Shown here: positions 30,499 to 40,127 of the stretch, piece after piece
Numbering within the stretch: position 1 is the first letter of the stretch
Layout: every line of letters starts with the position of its first letter
Translations under genes and position numbers: made by a program
Virus record (IMG/VR): IMGVR_UViG_3300033148_002355
Origin: an uncultured virus (IMG/VR IMGVR_UViG_3300033148_002355)
Taxonomy: Duplodnaviria > Heunggongvirae > Uroviricota > Caudoviricetes
Reading direction: 5' to 3' (one strand)
Length of the DNA: 64,000 nt
The notes under the pieces: model-generated
Databases searched by the model: none
What the model was told of the DNA's origin: nothing
The model's input: the letters and a program-made list of their open reading frames with translations, nothing else

Positions 30499-31701
30499 AT
30501 GAGTTGTACAAATTGTGGAGATTCACAAAGTTGCGGAGGGGGTTCAGGATGCGGAAGTTGCGCTGATAGTTGTAATAGTTGTAATGGACCAAAGACGATA
30601 ATCACTAAGCGAGGACTATCTGGAACTCCAGGAACTACAGGAACTCCAGGTAGAGGATATGATGCTACTAGCGCGCTTAGTTCTAACATATTGGATACTC
30701 CTGCTACCACAATGGGTGGTGTTATCTCTATAGAGAAGGCATATACGCCAGGAGCTAGGGTAAGATTTAGTGAAACAGCTAATCCTTCTGTTAATTACTT
30801 TGAAGGAATTGTAACGGCTTATGACCCATTAACTGGAATTATGGCTGTTGGATTTGTTGATTTAAAGATGGGTTCAGGAACGATAGCTGCTTGGGATGTT
30901 AATTTAGCTGGAGAGATGGGGTTAGGTGCTAATTATTATTTTGAAATAAGTCAATCTATTGATTTTCTTGACACTTATGTCATACCTGACTTAAACTCTT
31001 ATCCAACGTCAGACCTAGGCGATTTAGTTTTAAACGCTTCAGCTTTAGGGAAAAACAAGTCTTATTATCCAGGAACTCCTGTTAAAATAACTCCTACTGC
31101 ACAAGTAGATGAAGCTGGAACTAGAGCGATACCTACTCCTAAAATAGAAGGATTTGTTCTTACTTATGATATTTTAACTGGAGCTTTAACTATAAGAGTT
31201 ACAGCTATTCAGGGCGTAGGAACTTTTACAGAGTGGTCTGTAGATTTAAACCACACAATACCTACTGTTGATTATATTCAAGGGATATTATTGCCTCCTT
31301 CGGCAGCAGGAAGTCAGCACGGATCTATATTAATACCAGGAAATACATTCTTTAGGTCTAATCAAACTGTTAAAGCTAAGTTTAATGGAGTGTCTGTAGT
31401 CTCTGCAAATGCTCTTGTAGTATCTTTTGACGGTGTTGCTTTATTTACTAAAACGATTACATCGGCAGAGATTTTTGATCTTGAGATTACTATAAACCTA
31501 GGTTATTATGTTACTTTATCGGCTAAGTATACTACTAGTAGCGGAACTGACGATGATATTCAATTTTTAGGTGGTGGTAATGCTGCTTACTTACTAAATA
31601 CTTATAAGGGTAATTTTAAAACTGATAAGTCAATTACCTTTACATTATACGGGGCTAACGAACCTATCAAACTTTATTCAGGAGTAGCATATAGACTTTA
31701 A
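30499..31701 (+). CDS. Putative tail fibre protein, Cys-rich N-terminus
   Basis: MSCTNCGDSQSCGGGSGCGSC; short Gly-X-Y stretch; shares a domain with the next gene. Confidence 0.65.
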   Translation: MSCTNCGDSQSCGGGSGCGSCADSCNSCNGPKTIITKRGLSGTPGTTGTPGRGYDATSALSSNILDTPATTMGGVISIEKAYTPGARVRFSETANPSVNYFEGIVTAYDPLTGIMAVGFVDLKMGSGTIAAWDVNLAGEMGLGANYYFEISQSIDFLDTYVIPDLNSYPTSDLGDLVLNASALGKNKSYYPGTPVKITPTAQVDEAGTRAIPTPKIEGFVLTYDILTGALTIRVTAIQGVGTFTEWSVDLNHTIPTVDYIQGILLPPSAAGSQHGSILIPGNTFFRSNQTVKAKFNGVSVVSANALVVSFDGVALFTKTITSAEIFDLEITINLGYYVTLSAKYTTSSGTDDDIQFLGGGNAAYLLNTYKGNFKTDKSITFTLYGANEPIKLYSGVAYRL

Positions 31702-31729
31702 TTAAAAACAAACTATGAAAAGTTAAATT

Positions 31730-33055
31730 ATGGGATGCGATAATAATTGTGGAAGTTGCGGAAGTTGTTGCCCTGGTATTCAAGGAAAGACTGGTGAGAC
31801 AGGACCTCAAGGACCTCAAGGACCTCCGGGACCAGGGGGAAGTTCAGGAGCTCAAGGAGAAGACGGACCGGGAGGAGCGGCAGGCAACGATGGTAATAAT
31901 GGTAGAGGATATGACTCTATCAGTACTGATACTGTTAGCGTATTAGACACATTTTCTACTACTATTAACATGACGATTGAGGTTGAAAAAGCTTACACTT
32001 CAGGGGCGAGGGTAAGACTTTCTGACACCGCTAATCCTACAGTTAATTACTTTGAAGGTATATGTACGGCTTACAACCCTTTAATAGGAGCTATTACAGT
32101 AGCCGCTATTGACTTAAAAAACGGTAGTGGAACTCATAGTTCATGGGATATAAACGTGGCGGGAGAGATAGGGGAAGATGGTGGTCAAGGTGCTACAGGT
32201 AGTCAAGGTCCTACTGGTCCACCGGGAGCGCAGGGTCCGACTGGTAGTAAAGGTGATCCGGGAGATGACGGTATTGATGGGATTGATCTGTATGATAGCG
32301 GGTGGAAAGAGTTAAATGATCACAATGGAACGTTTGGGGTAGCTCCTGTATCAGGATGGACTAATCCTTCTATAAGAGTTATAGGTAGAACGGTGCATAT
32401 TAATGGTAACTTCCTAATACCTCTTGCAGAGGGTGCGGGGGCTATTGGTAATGGAGGTAGAACTAATCTTAGAAATGACTACTCTTTATACGATAATACT
32501 AACAAGGTTGATACGCAAACATACGCTGATACTGGTGGGGGGTTCGTGTTAAACCCTAACGGGTCAGCTACTTCTAGCACACCTATTATACCTGTTAACC
32601 TTAGCCCTAGTTTATCGCTTACAGCTTTTAACAGGATGGATATAGCGCAAAGGTATGTAAAGGACACTACAGACTCCTACACTCTTAATTTAAATACTTT
32701 ATTTAATCCAGTATACTTAAAGTCAGACGGGAGGTTATTAATTGTCTCACATAAAGATATAGATGACACTGTGGGAACTGCTATTCCTAATAGTAATATA
32801 CACTCTATAATCACAAAAGCAGATACAGGTGAGTTTGTTCCTGATTACAGTAGTTATAAAGAGTCGTTTACAGGAACTGGTCCAGGAGTAGATAATAGAG
32901 TGTCGCCAGCTCATGCTACAGCTACGTACCCAGCTGATTATGACGGAGAAAACGAAGAAAAGTGGGGTGGATACTTCTTCACAATAGAGATTTCATACCC
33001 TGTTGATCTTGCGTTAACACAAGTACAAATACAGACAGCATTTGACTCAATTTAA
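31730..33055 (+). CDS. Collagen-like tail fibre protein
   Basis: Two Gly-X-Y tracts (GPQGPQGPPGP; GPTGPPGAQGPT); Cys-rich start. Confidence 0.75.
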   Translation: MGCDNNCGSCGSCCPGIQGKTGETGPQGPQGPPGPGGSSGAQGEDGPGGAAGNDGNNGRGYDSISTDTVSVLDTFSTTINMTIEVEKAYTSGARVRLSDTANPTVNYFEGICTAYNPLIGAITVAAIDLKNGSGTHSSWDINVAGEIGEDGGQGATGSQGPTGPPGAQGPTGSKGDPGDDGIDGIDLYDSGWKELNDHNGTFGVAPVSGWTNPSIRVIGRTVHINGNFLIPLAEGAGAIGNGGRTNLRNDYSLYDNTNKVDTQTYADTGGGFVLNPNGSATSSTPIIPVNLSPSLSLTAFNRMDIAQRYVKDTTDSYTLNLNTLFNPVYLKSDGRLLIVSHKDIDDTVGTAIPNSNIHSIITKADTGEFVPDYSSYKESFTGTGPGVDNRVSPAHATATYPADYDGENEEKWGGYFFTIEISYPVDLALTQVQIQTAFDSI

Positions 33056-33068
33056 TATATAGTACAGT

Positions 33069-34754
33069 ATGAGTTGTGATAGTAAAATAGATTCTTTTTT
33101 CAGTAAAGCTAAAAAACTTACTGCTGGTCTTTCTTATGGAATGTATAAGGAGATTCAGTTTGGTAATACAGAGAAAGTTGAAAGACTTGAAAAATCTTTA
33201 CGGGATATTAAAAGTATATCTTGGTTACTTAAAAAGCATGAAGATTCTGTATGTGACTGTAATAAGCATGATTGTTTGTGCAGTGGAGCTACTTCTAATT
33301 GGGAGGTTGAAAGTGAAGAGATTGTTGACGGGGTAATAGGCAGTATTAACGGATCCTTTTACTCTGATCTATGGAAAGGCATCACTTTCAACTCTAAGTT
33401 AGGTAAGAACGTATCTTTAAGTACGTTTGGAGACGGCCTTAGTTTTACTCATACAGGTATAAGGATTTACTCTTGGGAAAAGAACGTTCCTACTCTTATT
33501 TATGAAGAGGATGGTGTTGTTGATATAGATCAAGGATCTCATGTTAGTTTTTATTATTCAGAGTTGCATGATTCTTATTATATAAAGGCGGGTACTCACA
33601 ATAATGATACTATGGTTCCTACGGTTATAAAGGTAGCGGGTAGTTTTGGTTTAACATTGTCGGTAGCATTGGGTGCGAAAGGGAATTTACCTACTGACCC
33701 CGTAATGGAGGTTTCAGATGAATTAAACTTATTATTTGTAAGAGTTGATGCTAATACTATTGAAGCTATAAGTTTAGTTGATTTAGTGTCGTTTAAAACT
33801 ATTACTACTACAGGCTTTCCTTATCAGAAGATGACATGGAATAAGTGTGATTGTAATCTTGTGCTGACAGGCAATGCTGCGGGGGATGCTCAAATACATT
33901 ATGTAGATCCTGAAACTGGATTAGTAACTAACAAGTTAAGCGATGTTAGTCTTAGTAACAACACTAGTATAGTAACTAACGATGGTCATGTATTAGTTTT
34001 AACTACAGGAAAACCTTTTCCTAACAATACTATTCAGTTTCAGAAATGGACAGGGTGTGACGATGGGGTTTTAGTAGAATTTATTAATACAGGTATATTA
34101 ATGGGGGCAGCGGCAGCTGACTTTGAAAACATACTTACATTAAATGAAGATAAGGATGGTAATATTTACGTTACTTACGTATCTGATACCGGAGTAACTA
34201 CATTAAGTGTATTTGATAAGGATTTTGTTTTAAAGTACACAAAACCTTTACCTGCAACAGTTGGTAGTAACTTTGGAGTGTTCGGTACTAATTTAGTGCC
34301 TAACTGGACTAATAGTAATATTAACCCTGAAGAGACTTCTATATTAACTTTACCTCATAATAAAAATGGAGTTGGTGGTGACGGATCGTATTATGTAGAT
34401 TATAAAATTTCTTTACTAGAAAGGATTAAACCTCAATGTGTAGTTCTTACTGATGAAGAGGTAAGTAGTTTAGTTAATAAGATAAATAGTGTACCGAATA
34501 TAAGGGTTTACAACTCTGTTTCTTCTGGCACTGGAATATTACAAGTCGAGAGTTGCAAGAATCAGTTTGTTCATGATCAAACAACAGCTGCTACTGTATG
34601 GACCATAAACCACAACGCTGGTTGTTTCCCTGTTATAGTTACAGTTAATAGTTCTGGAGATAGGATTTTTGGAATGGAAAATTATGTTGATCAGAACACG
34701 GTGGTAATAACGTTCTCTGTTCCTGTTTCAGGAGTAGCGTATTTAACCTTTTAA
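33069..34754 (+). CDS. Putative tail-associated beta-propeller-like protein
   Basis: 561 aa, beta-rich; C-terminal WTINHNAGCFP...SGVAYL fibre module. Confidence 0.6.
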   Translation: MSCDSKIDSFFSKAKKLTAGLSYGMYKEIQFGNTEKVERLEKSLRDIKSISWLLKKHEDSVCDCNKHDCLCSGATSNWEVESEEIVDGVIGSINGSFYSDLWKGITFNSKLGKNVSLSTFGDGLSFTHTGIRIYSWEKNVPTLIYEEDGVVDIDQGSHVSFYYSELHDSYYIKAGTHNNDTMVPTVIKVAGSFGLTLSVALGAKGNLPTDPVMEVSDELNLLFVRVDANTIEAISLVDLVSFKTITTTGFPYQKMTWNKCDCNLVLTGNAAGDAQIHYVDPETGLVTNKLSDVSLSNNTSIVTNDGHVLVLTTGKPFPNNTIQFQKWTGCDDGVLVEFINTGILMGAAAADFENILTLNEDKDGNIYVTYVSDTGVTTLSVFDKDFVLKYTKPLPATVGSNFGVFGTNLVPNWTNSNINPEETSILTLPHNKNGVGGDGSYYVDYKISLLERIKPQCVVLTDEEVSSLVNKINSVPNIRVYNSVSSGTGILQVESCKNQFVHDQTTAATVWTINHNAGCFPVIVTVNSSGDRIFGMENYVDQNTVVITFSVPVSGVAYLTF

Positions 34755-34755
34755 G

Positions 34756-35093
34756 ATGTTAGACGGATTAAAAATTAATAATAATGTAAACTTCAACGAT
34801 AACCAAGCGTTGAATCTTAGGGTTGAGATATTAACCGATGATCCTACGGTATTAGTAACGGCAAGGCTTTGGTACAATAGTACTAGTAACTCTTTGAATT
34901 ATTACAACGGCACTGATGTTATAGTATTGAATAATGCGTTCGCTACATACACTCATACTCAAGGAGTTGCAGCTTCTGTTTGGAATATAGAACACAACCT
35001 TAACAGATATGTTCAGATAACGATAGTAGACAGTGGAGGTAATGTGGTGGAAGGCGCAGAGTCTTATGATGAGGTAAGGCTTATTTAACTTAA
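34756..35093 (+). CDS. Tail-fibre-associated protein, C-terminus apparently deleted/frameshifted
   Basis: Track ORF ends at 35088 (YDEVRLI); the expected ending GKAYLT* is in another frame at 35073-35093. Confidence 0.55.
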
Positions 35094-35118
35094 AAATAAA
35101 TAATTAAAACAAACAATA

Positions 35119-35874
35119 ATGGCAAAGTTAATTTTAGTAAGTTATGATTTCGCAGGGAACGAAATACAAAATGCATTAGCACATGTACTAGCAACAGCAC
35201 CAACAGCTTTAGGGGCTGGTCAAATATACTTTGATACAACAATAGGTAAATTAGGTATTTACAATGGAGCCTCTTGGGATTACCAGTACGCTCTTAATGA
35301 CTCAGGGACAGCAATTACTGATTTATGGTCGGCTGATAAGATAGCTTCAGAGATAGCTTCTGCGGTAACAGGTGGTATGGATTATATCGGAGGATATAAC
35401 GCTGCTACAAACACTCCTGACTTAGATACTTCTCCTTCGGGAATAAGCAGCGGAGATACTTACACTGTAACTGCTGATGGAACATTCTTCACGGAGCCAG
35501 TAACGACAGGAGACTTTCTTATAGCTGAGCAAGATAACCCTACCACTTTAGCTCATTGGACAGTACTAGAGCGAAACTTAAACCCTGCAACCGAATCATC
35601 TCAAGGGACTACTCAAATAGCAACTCAAGCTGAGGTGACTACAGGCACTGATGATTTTAAGTATATTACTCCACTAAAACTAGCTACTGACTTAGCAGCT
35701 CAAGGGTTCGTAACACATAATCTAAATACTCTGGACACATCCGTTCAGGTTAAAGAGATAGCGTCAGGAGAAGAGGTTGTGACTGATGTGGACAATACTA
35801 CGGTAAACGCTCTTGAGATCAAGGTTAACGGAAATAAAGCTGATGATGTTTACAGGGTAACTATTATAGGATAA
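35119..35874 (+). CDS. Tail-fibre-associated protein
   Basis: 251 aa; WSADKI, YIGGYNAATNTP, ATQAEV...ITPLKL and VTHNLNT fibre motifs. Confidence 0.65.
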   Translation: MAKLILVSYDFAGNEIQNALAHVLATAPTALGAGQIYFDTTIGKLGIYNGASWDYQYALNDSGTAITDLWSADKIASEIASAVTGGMDYIGGYNAATNTPDLDTSPSGISSGDTYTVTADGTFFTEPVTTGDFLIAEQDNPTTLAHWTVLERNLNPATESSQGTTQIATQAEVTTGTDDFKYITPLKLATDLAAQGFVTHNLNTLDTSVQVKEIASGEEVVTDVDNTTVNALEIKVNGNKADDVYRVTIIG

Positions 35875-35877
35875 TAA

Positions 35878-36406
35878 ATGGCTTACTTAGGAAAACTCAT
35901 ACCGCCAAAGTTAACCACTATCGAAAGGGACGCTATAACTTCTCCTTCGGAAGGGGAGGTTGTATATAACACTACAACTTTAAGTTTAAATCTGTTTGAC
36001 GGATCTTCCTGGGTTAATATAGATGTTTACGGAACTAACCTAAATCAATTTATATTATCTACGGAAACAAACACCTCAGCTCCACACACTACATGGGTTA
36101 GTGTTATCAATGATAGCACCTCGTCTTTAGTAGCAGGAGATTATCGATTTCGAAAGTAGACTATCTTTCGATGGAACTATTCTAGGGGATGTATTCAGTA
36201 ACGGTACAACTCACAAGCAAGAGCCAAAAGACTCAGCAGGAAGTGGTGGTAGTTCGGGTAGTTCACAACAACTTAATTTTGGAAAAACTTTTCCATTAAC
36301 TTTAACTTCTGGGGTGAAGCTTATATTATTTGACATTAGGAGTGATGATACTACTGATTTATCAACGGTTTGGGATGTTTATATTAAATTAATAAGGGTG
36401 GCATAA
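35878..36406 (+). pseudogene. Tail-associated gene split by a frameshift at ~36145
   Basis: Frame 1 ends at 36159. A second frame 36146-36406 (DFESRLSFDG...LIRVA*) has no Met and ends in TAATG overlap with the next gene. Confidence 0.6.
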
Positions 36407-37143
36407 TGGCTAGAGAATTTAACATAAAAACGGTAACATCAACAGAGTTGATAACTGACCTTCACGTAACTGTAACAACTGTATTTCAAGACTTACTAGA
36501 AGACTTCACTTATACTGAGTTATTAGAATCTGAGAGTCTATTTGTATTACTTTCAGATGCTAATATAGTTGCTGAAGATGAGAATGGAGATACTATTTCA
36601 GCTACTGGTAGCGGTGGGCTTCCAAGTGGTTCTGCTGGTGGTGATTTAGGTGGCACATATCCCAATCCAAAAGTAATAGCTATAACGGAAACTAGTGGGC
36701 CAACTTCATTAGTGGTGAGTGCAATTGCGATTGGAGAGTTATTGAAAAGGGTTGGTTCAACGTTGGTAGGGTATAAACCTATAATTGCCTGTTGTCCTTT
36801 TGGAGCTAAAAGTGATAGTTTAGGAAAGTTTCTAATTGCTAACGGTAAAAGCTCAGATGCAGACGACAGCACAAAGTCTAAAACGAGGCAGCCAATCGCA
36901 TTAGATGGAACATTGACAAAACTAGTTTATAAAACTAAAGACGGTAGCACATCGACTCAAATGAAAATCCATATTAACGGGGTTGTAGAGGAAACGGTTG
37001 TGCTTAGTTCAATGAATGGTAATGACGGAGGTGTTGAAACAATAAGCGTAAATGTATCAGAGGGTGACTATGTTGAGATTGAGTATGATGCTAGTCAAAA
37101 GCCAGGAGAATGTACAATGTATTTTATACAAGAATTATCATGA
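36406..37143 (+). CDS. Putative tail fibre/receptor-binding protein
   Basis: 245 aa; AGGDLGGTYPNP fibre repeat motif. Confidence 0.65.
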   Translation: MAREFNIKTVTSTELITDLHVTVTTVFQDLLEDFTYTELLESESLFVLLSDANIVAEDENGDTISATGSGGLPSGSAGGDLGGTYPNPKVIAITETSGPTSLVVSAIAIGELLKRVGSTLVGYKPIIACCPFGAKSDSLGKFLIANGKSSDADDSTKSKTRQPIALDGTLTKLVYKTKDGSTSTQMKIHINGVVEETVVLSSMNGNDGGVETISVNVSEGDYVEIEYDASQKPGECTMYFIQELS

Positions 37144-37967
37144 TAGTAGGAATAGTAAAAATAAGCTCAAAGCTAGAAGTATTAGAAGAGTTCAGAAATG
37201 CAGTTGATGAATCAACAGCGGTTAGTGCTTTTTGCAACGAGTATAGCCCTGTATTAGACGCGTCCGACTATCTAGGAATCAATGCAGACTCAGTTGATTT
37301 ACAAAAGAATTGGGGTTGGGATTTTTCAGAGGTTACACCTGTTTTAAAAGAAGTGGTTAGTGTTCTCAATCATCCAATGCCTATCAATTTAGGAGAGTCT
37401 AATGATTATAATCAATTTAGAGAATATATAAGATCAATATTAGATGTTAAAACTTGGGCTAATTTATCAAATTCAGAAAAGGATTTTATGATTGACCTTT
37501 ATCTTAAAGAAACAGCTATAGATCAAGCGACAGATGACATTAACAAAGCAACTCATTTAATAACAACAGGACAAGCTACTGATGCAGAGTCAGTAAGGCT
37601 TTTAATTGTTGATAGGTGGTCTAAGCATCATGTTTTAGATGTTGAATCATGTAGAGCTAGGGCGAATGCATTGAGGTTATACATTAGCATTGGGACGTAT
37701 TTAAGTATCTCGGACGCTACTGATTTCTTTATGACAGTAGAAAATCTTTATGTGGGATTCAGAGATCAAGCGATAAAGGGGACTAAGGACAGCTCAGAGG
37801 AAGGTTTGTTTGACTACATAGAAAGCACAGCTGGAACAGTGTATGAGTTTGCAGGACTAGCCTCTAAGGGGTATATGATGCAAAATGGAGATTCAGATGA
37901 GTCTAATTTTATAGCAGCAATAATGGATGTAATAAGACACGGTAAATATATAAGCTTAGATGTATGA
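37140..37967 (+). CDS. Hypothetical protein (fibre module)
   Basis: ATG at 37140 overlaps the previous stop (ATGA). Confidence 0.65.
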   Translation: MIVGIVKISSKLEVLEEFRNAVDESTAVSAFCNEYSPVLDASDYLGINADSVDLQKNWGWDFSEVTPVLKEVVSVLNHPMPINLGESNDYNQFREYIRSILDVKTWANLSNSEKDFMIDLYLKETAIDQATDDINKATHLITTGQATDAESVRLLIVDRWSKHHVLDVESCRARANALRLYISIGTYLSISDATDFFMTVENLYVGFRDQAIKGTKDSSEEGLFDYIESTAGTVYEFAGLASKGYMMQNGDSDESNFIAAIMDVIRHGKYISLDV

Positions 37968-38245
37968 AAGTAGATTTTGTAGCAGAGGAAATGGTTTTTA
38001 ACATAGCAATGCAAGGTCGCATTATGTGGATTGAAAACGGAGAAAACGGAGAAAGCGTTGAAGAAAAAAAGATAATAGCTTATGTTAAGTTAGTTCCAAG
38101 GTCGCCCGTTCTTATGGTGACATTTACAGATGGTGAAACTGTGGAAATGAACAGGCATAAGTGTTACACTTTTGAGGTTAATGACAAATTACAGTGGAAA
38201 AAAGCAACAAGACGACAAATAAGAAGCTCTTATAAAAATATGTAG
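37964..38245 (+). CDS. Hypothetical protein
   Basis: 93 aa; ATGA overlap. Confidence 0.6.
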   Translation: MKVDFVAEEMVFNIAMQGRIMWIENGENGESVEEKKIIAYVKLVPRSPVLMVTFTDGETVEMNRHKCYTFEVNDKLQWKKATRRQIRSSYKNM

Positions 38246-38275
38246 TTTCGCTATATTAAGGTTAAAATTTTCATT

Positions 38276-38755
38276 ATGAAAGAACTATTAAACGGACTTA
38301 TTACCTTTACTGCAGCTATTATTTTAACGCCTTTTATTCTTACAATTGCAGTACCCTATGCGATAGGGTATAACTTTTACATGATGTTTGCAAAGCGTAA
38401 GTTTCTGTTGATATTTACGTTAACATGGAGAATCATTGATGGCTTATGTGCCGCTATTGGCTATATGTTATTTCACTTCTCAGTTGGTTTAGATATGATT
38501 TGGAATGTATGTGGAGAGATATTTGAGGACATCTTTACCTGTAGGGAGGATAGTCACTTTGGAGAAAAGAACATAACTGTCTCTAGTTCTATTGGTCATT
38601 TGGAGAAAACTAAGTCCCTAAATAAGGGAAAATGCAAGATTGGAAAAAGGTGCAGTAAGTTACTTAACTTAGTATTTAGACAGAAACAACATGCGTTAGA
38701 CTCTTGGGAACTTCATGTGAAAATGTTGGAGCTAAAGAGTAAATATTTTAATTAA
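38276..38755 (+). CDS. Membrane protein
   Basis: 159 aa; hydrophobic N-half; FGEKNITVSSSIG motif. Confidence 0.7.
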   Translation: MKELLNGLITFTAAIILTPFILTIAVPYAIGYNFYMMFAKRKFLLIFTLTWRIIDGLCAAIGYMLFHFSVGLDMIWNVCGEIFEDIFTCREDSHFGEKNITVSSSIGHLEKTKSLNKGKCKIGKRCSKLLNLVFRQKQHALDSWELHVKMLELKSKYFN

Positions 38756-38829
38756 GGGAGAAAGAAAAGTAAAACAAACCTGTTAATAAAAGTTAAAAAA
38801 ACCATATATTTACAACAAACATTACAACC

Positions 38830-39480
38830 ATGAACGCTAATAATGATATAGAGGTAACGATAGCAAATGGCTTTCTTACTATCAAAAGCACTAATAACCC
38901 TAACGCTTCAATAGAAAACTATCCTTTAGATAAGATTACTAGTGTAAATGAGTATTTTCAGGATTGGACATCTTTGGAGGCTGATCGACCAGGAAGAGTT
39001 GAGCATGTGGTAGAGTATTCTGTAATTTTAGATATTCAAGAGAATCCAACTGACTTAGTTACTATCAACTTTGATATTCAAGATGTAACCAATCAAGCTG
39101 GATGGACACCTGCTAGTAGAGTAACTTTAGCTCAAGCGGTAACGGATATAAAAGCAGCTGTATTTGCAACCACAGCAGCGGGCGCATCAACACCCCCTAC
39201 AGGTCCTTTTTCAGGTAGTAAAAATGTTACGGTAGCAGCAACTGCAGAACCTTTGATAGGGGTGTCTACTCCTATGACTCATGTTGACATAACAGCGTTA
39301 TCTAGCAATACAAAAGCAATTGTTTACGGAGACGCTACGGTGGTAGCTTTACTCGCTAGTAGGGTTGGAACACCTTTAGAGCCAGGAGATACAGTAACTG
39401 TAGAATCAGCTGACTTAAACGGTTTATTTATAGATGCTGAAGTAAGTAATGAAGGGGTTACGTTTAACTATTTTAACTAA
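38830..39480 (+). CDS. Putative virion structural protein
   Basis: 216 aa; Thr/Ala-rich with a beta-rich C-terminal domain. Confidence 0.6.
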   Translation: MNANNDIEVTIANGFLTIKSTNNPNASIENYPLDKITSVNEYFQDWTSLEADRPGRVEHVVEYSVILDIQENPTDLVTINFDIQDVTNQAGWTPASRVTLAQAVTDIKAAVFATTAAGASTPPTGPFSGSKNVTVAATAEPLIGVSTPMTHVDITALSSNTKAIVYGDATVVALLASRVGTPLEPGDTVTVESADLNGLFIDAEVSNEGVTFNYFN

Positions 39481-39486
39481 AATATT

Positions 39487-39828
39487 ATGGCTAAAAGCAG
39501 CGTAGATAGCAGAACAGCACAAAGGGTAAGGGGAGTTGATGATGATTTCTTCACTACCTCTGAATGGGAGGTTGCTTTTGTAGAGATTGACCAAGTTCTT
39601 CAGTCGTTTAATAGGGGTTATGTTTTGACAAAGATTGATGTTAAAAACATTGATACTTTAGAGTATGACAAGAATGAAACGGGTAGTTTTACTGCGTTAA
39701 CTATTACTGCAGGAGAGGTAACTACTGGATTACCTTCTGTTGTTGATAGCGACACTCTTACTTGGAAGATTACTTATAGTGTAGGAAAAGATAAAGCGAG
39801 TATGATTGTAAAAGCAAATAAAGTTTAA
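39487..39828 (+). CDS. Hypothetical structural protein
   Basis: 113-aa ORF in the operon. Confidence 0.65.
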   Translation: MAKSSVDSRTAQRVRGVDDDFFTTSEWEVAFVEIDQVLQSFNRGYVLTKIDVKNIDTLEYDKNETGSFTALTITAGEVTTGLPSVVDSDTLTWKITYSVGKDKASMIVKANKV

Positions 39829-39831
39829 ATT

Positions 39832-40116
39832 ATGATACAATTACAAGCAGACCCATTAATAGAGTGGGATGAAACAGTTCCAACAATGAAAGGGCAAACT
39901 ATTGATGCTCAATTATACGTAGGAAAAAACATTTTAAACACTACACCAGTAAATATTGATGAAACTGTTCATAGTGTCGTTCAAGACGCTGATTGGAAAA
40001 GAATAGCGAGTCAGTCATACACCTCAAGCGGCTTCGTTTTGAGTGTAGTAAGAACTTATAAAGACATAGAGAGTTGTGCAATCGCATCATGCTCTTATAC
40101 TTTAGCGATCATTTAA
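39832..40116 (+). CDS. Hypothetical protein
   Basis: 94-aa ORF in the operon. Confidence 0.6.
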   Translation: MIQLQADPLIEWDETVPTMKGQTIDAQLYVGKNILNTTPVNIDETVHSVVQDADWKRIASQSYTSSGFVLSVVRTYKDIESCAIASCSYTLAII

Positions 40117-40127
40117 AAAAATAAATT

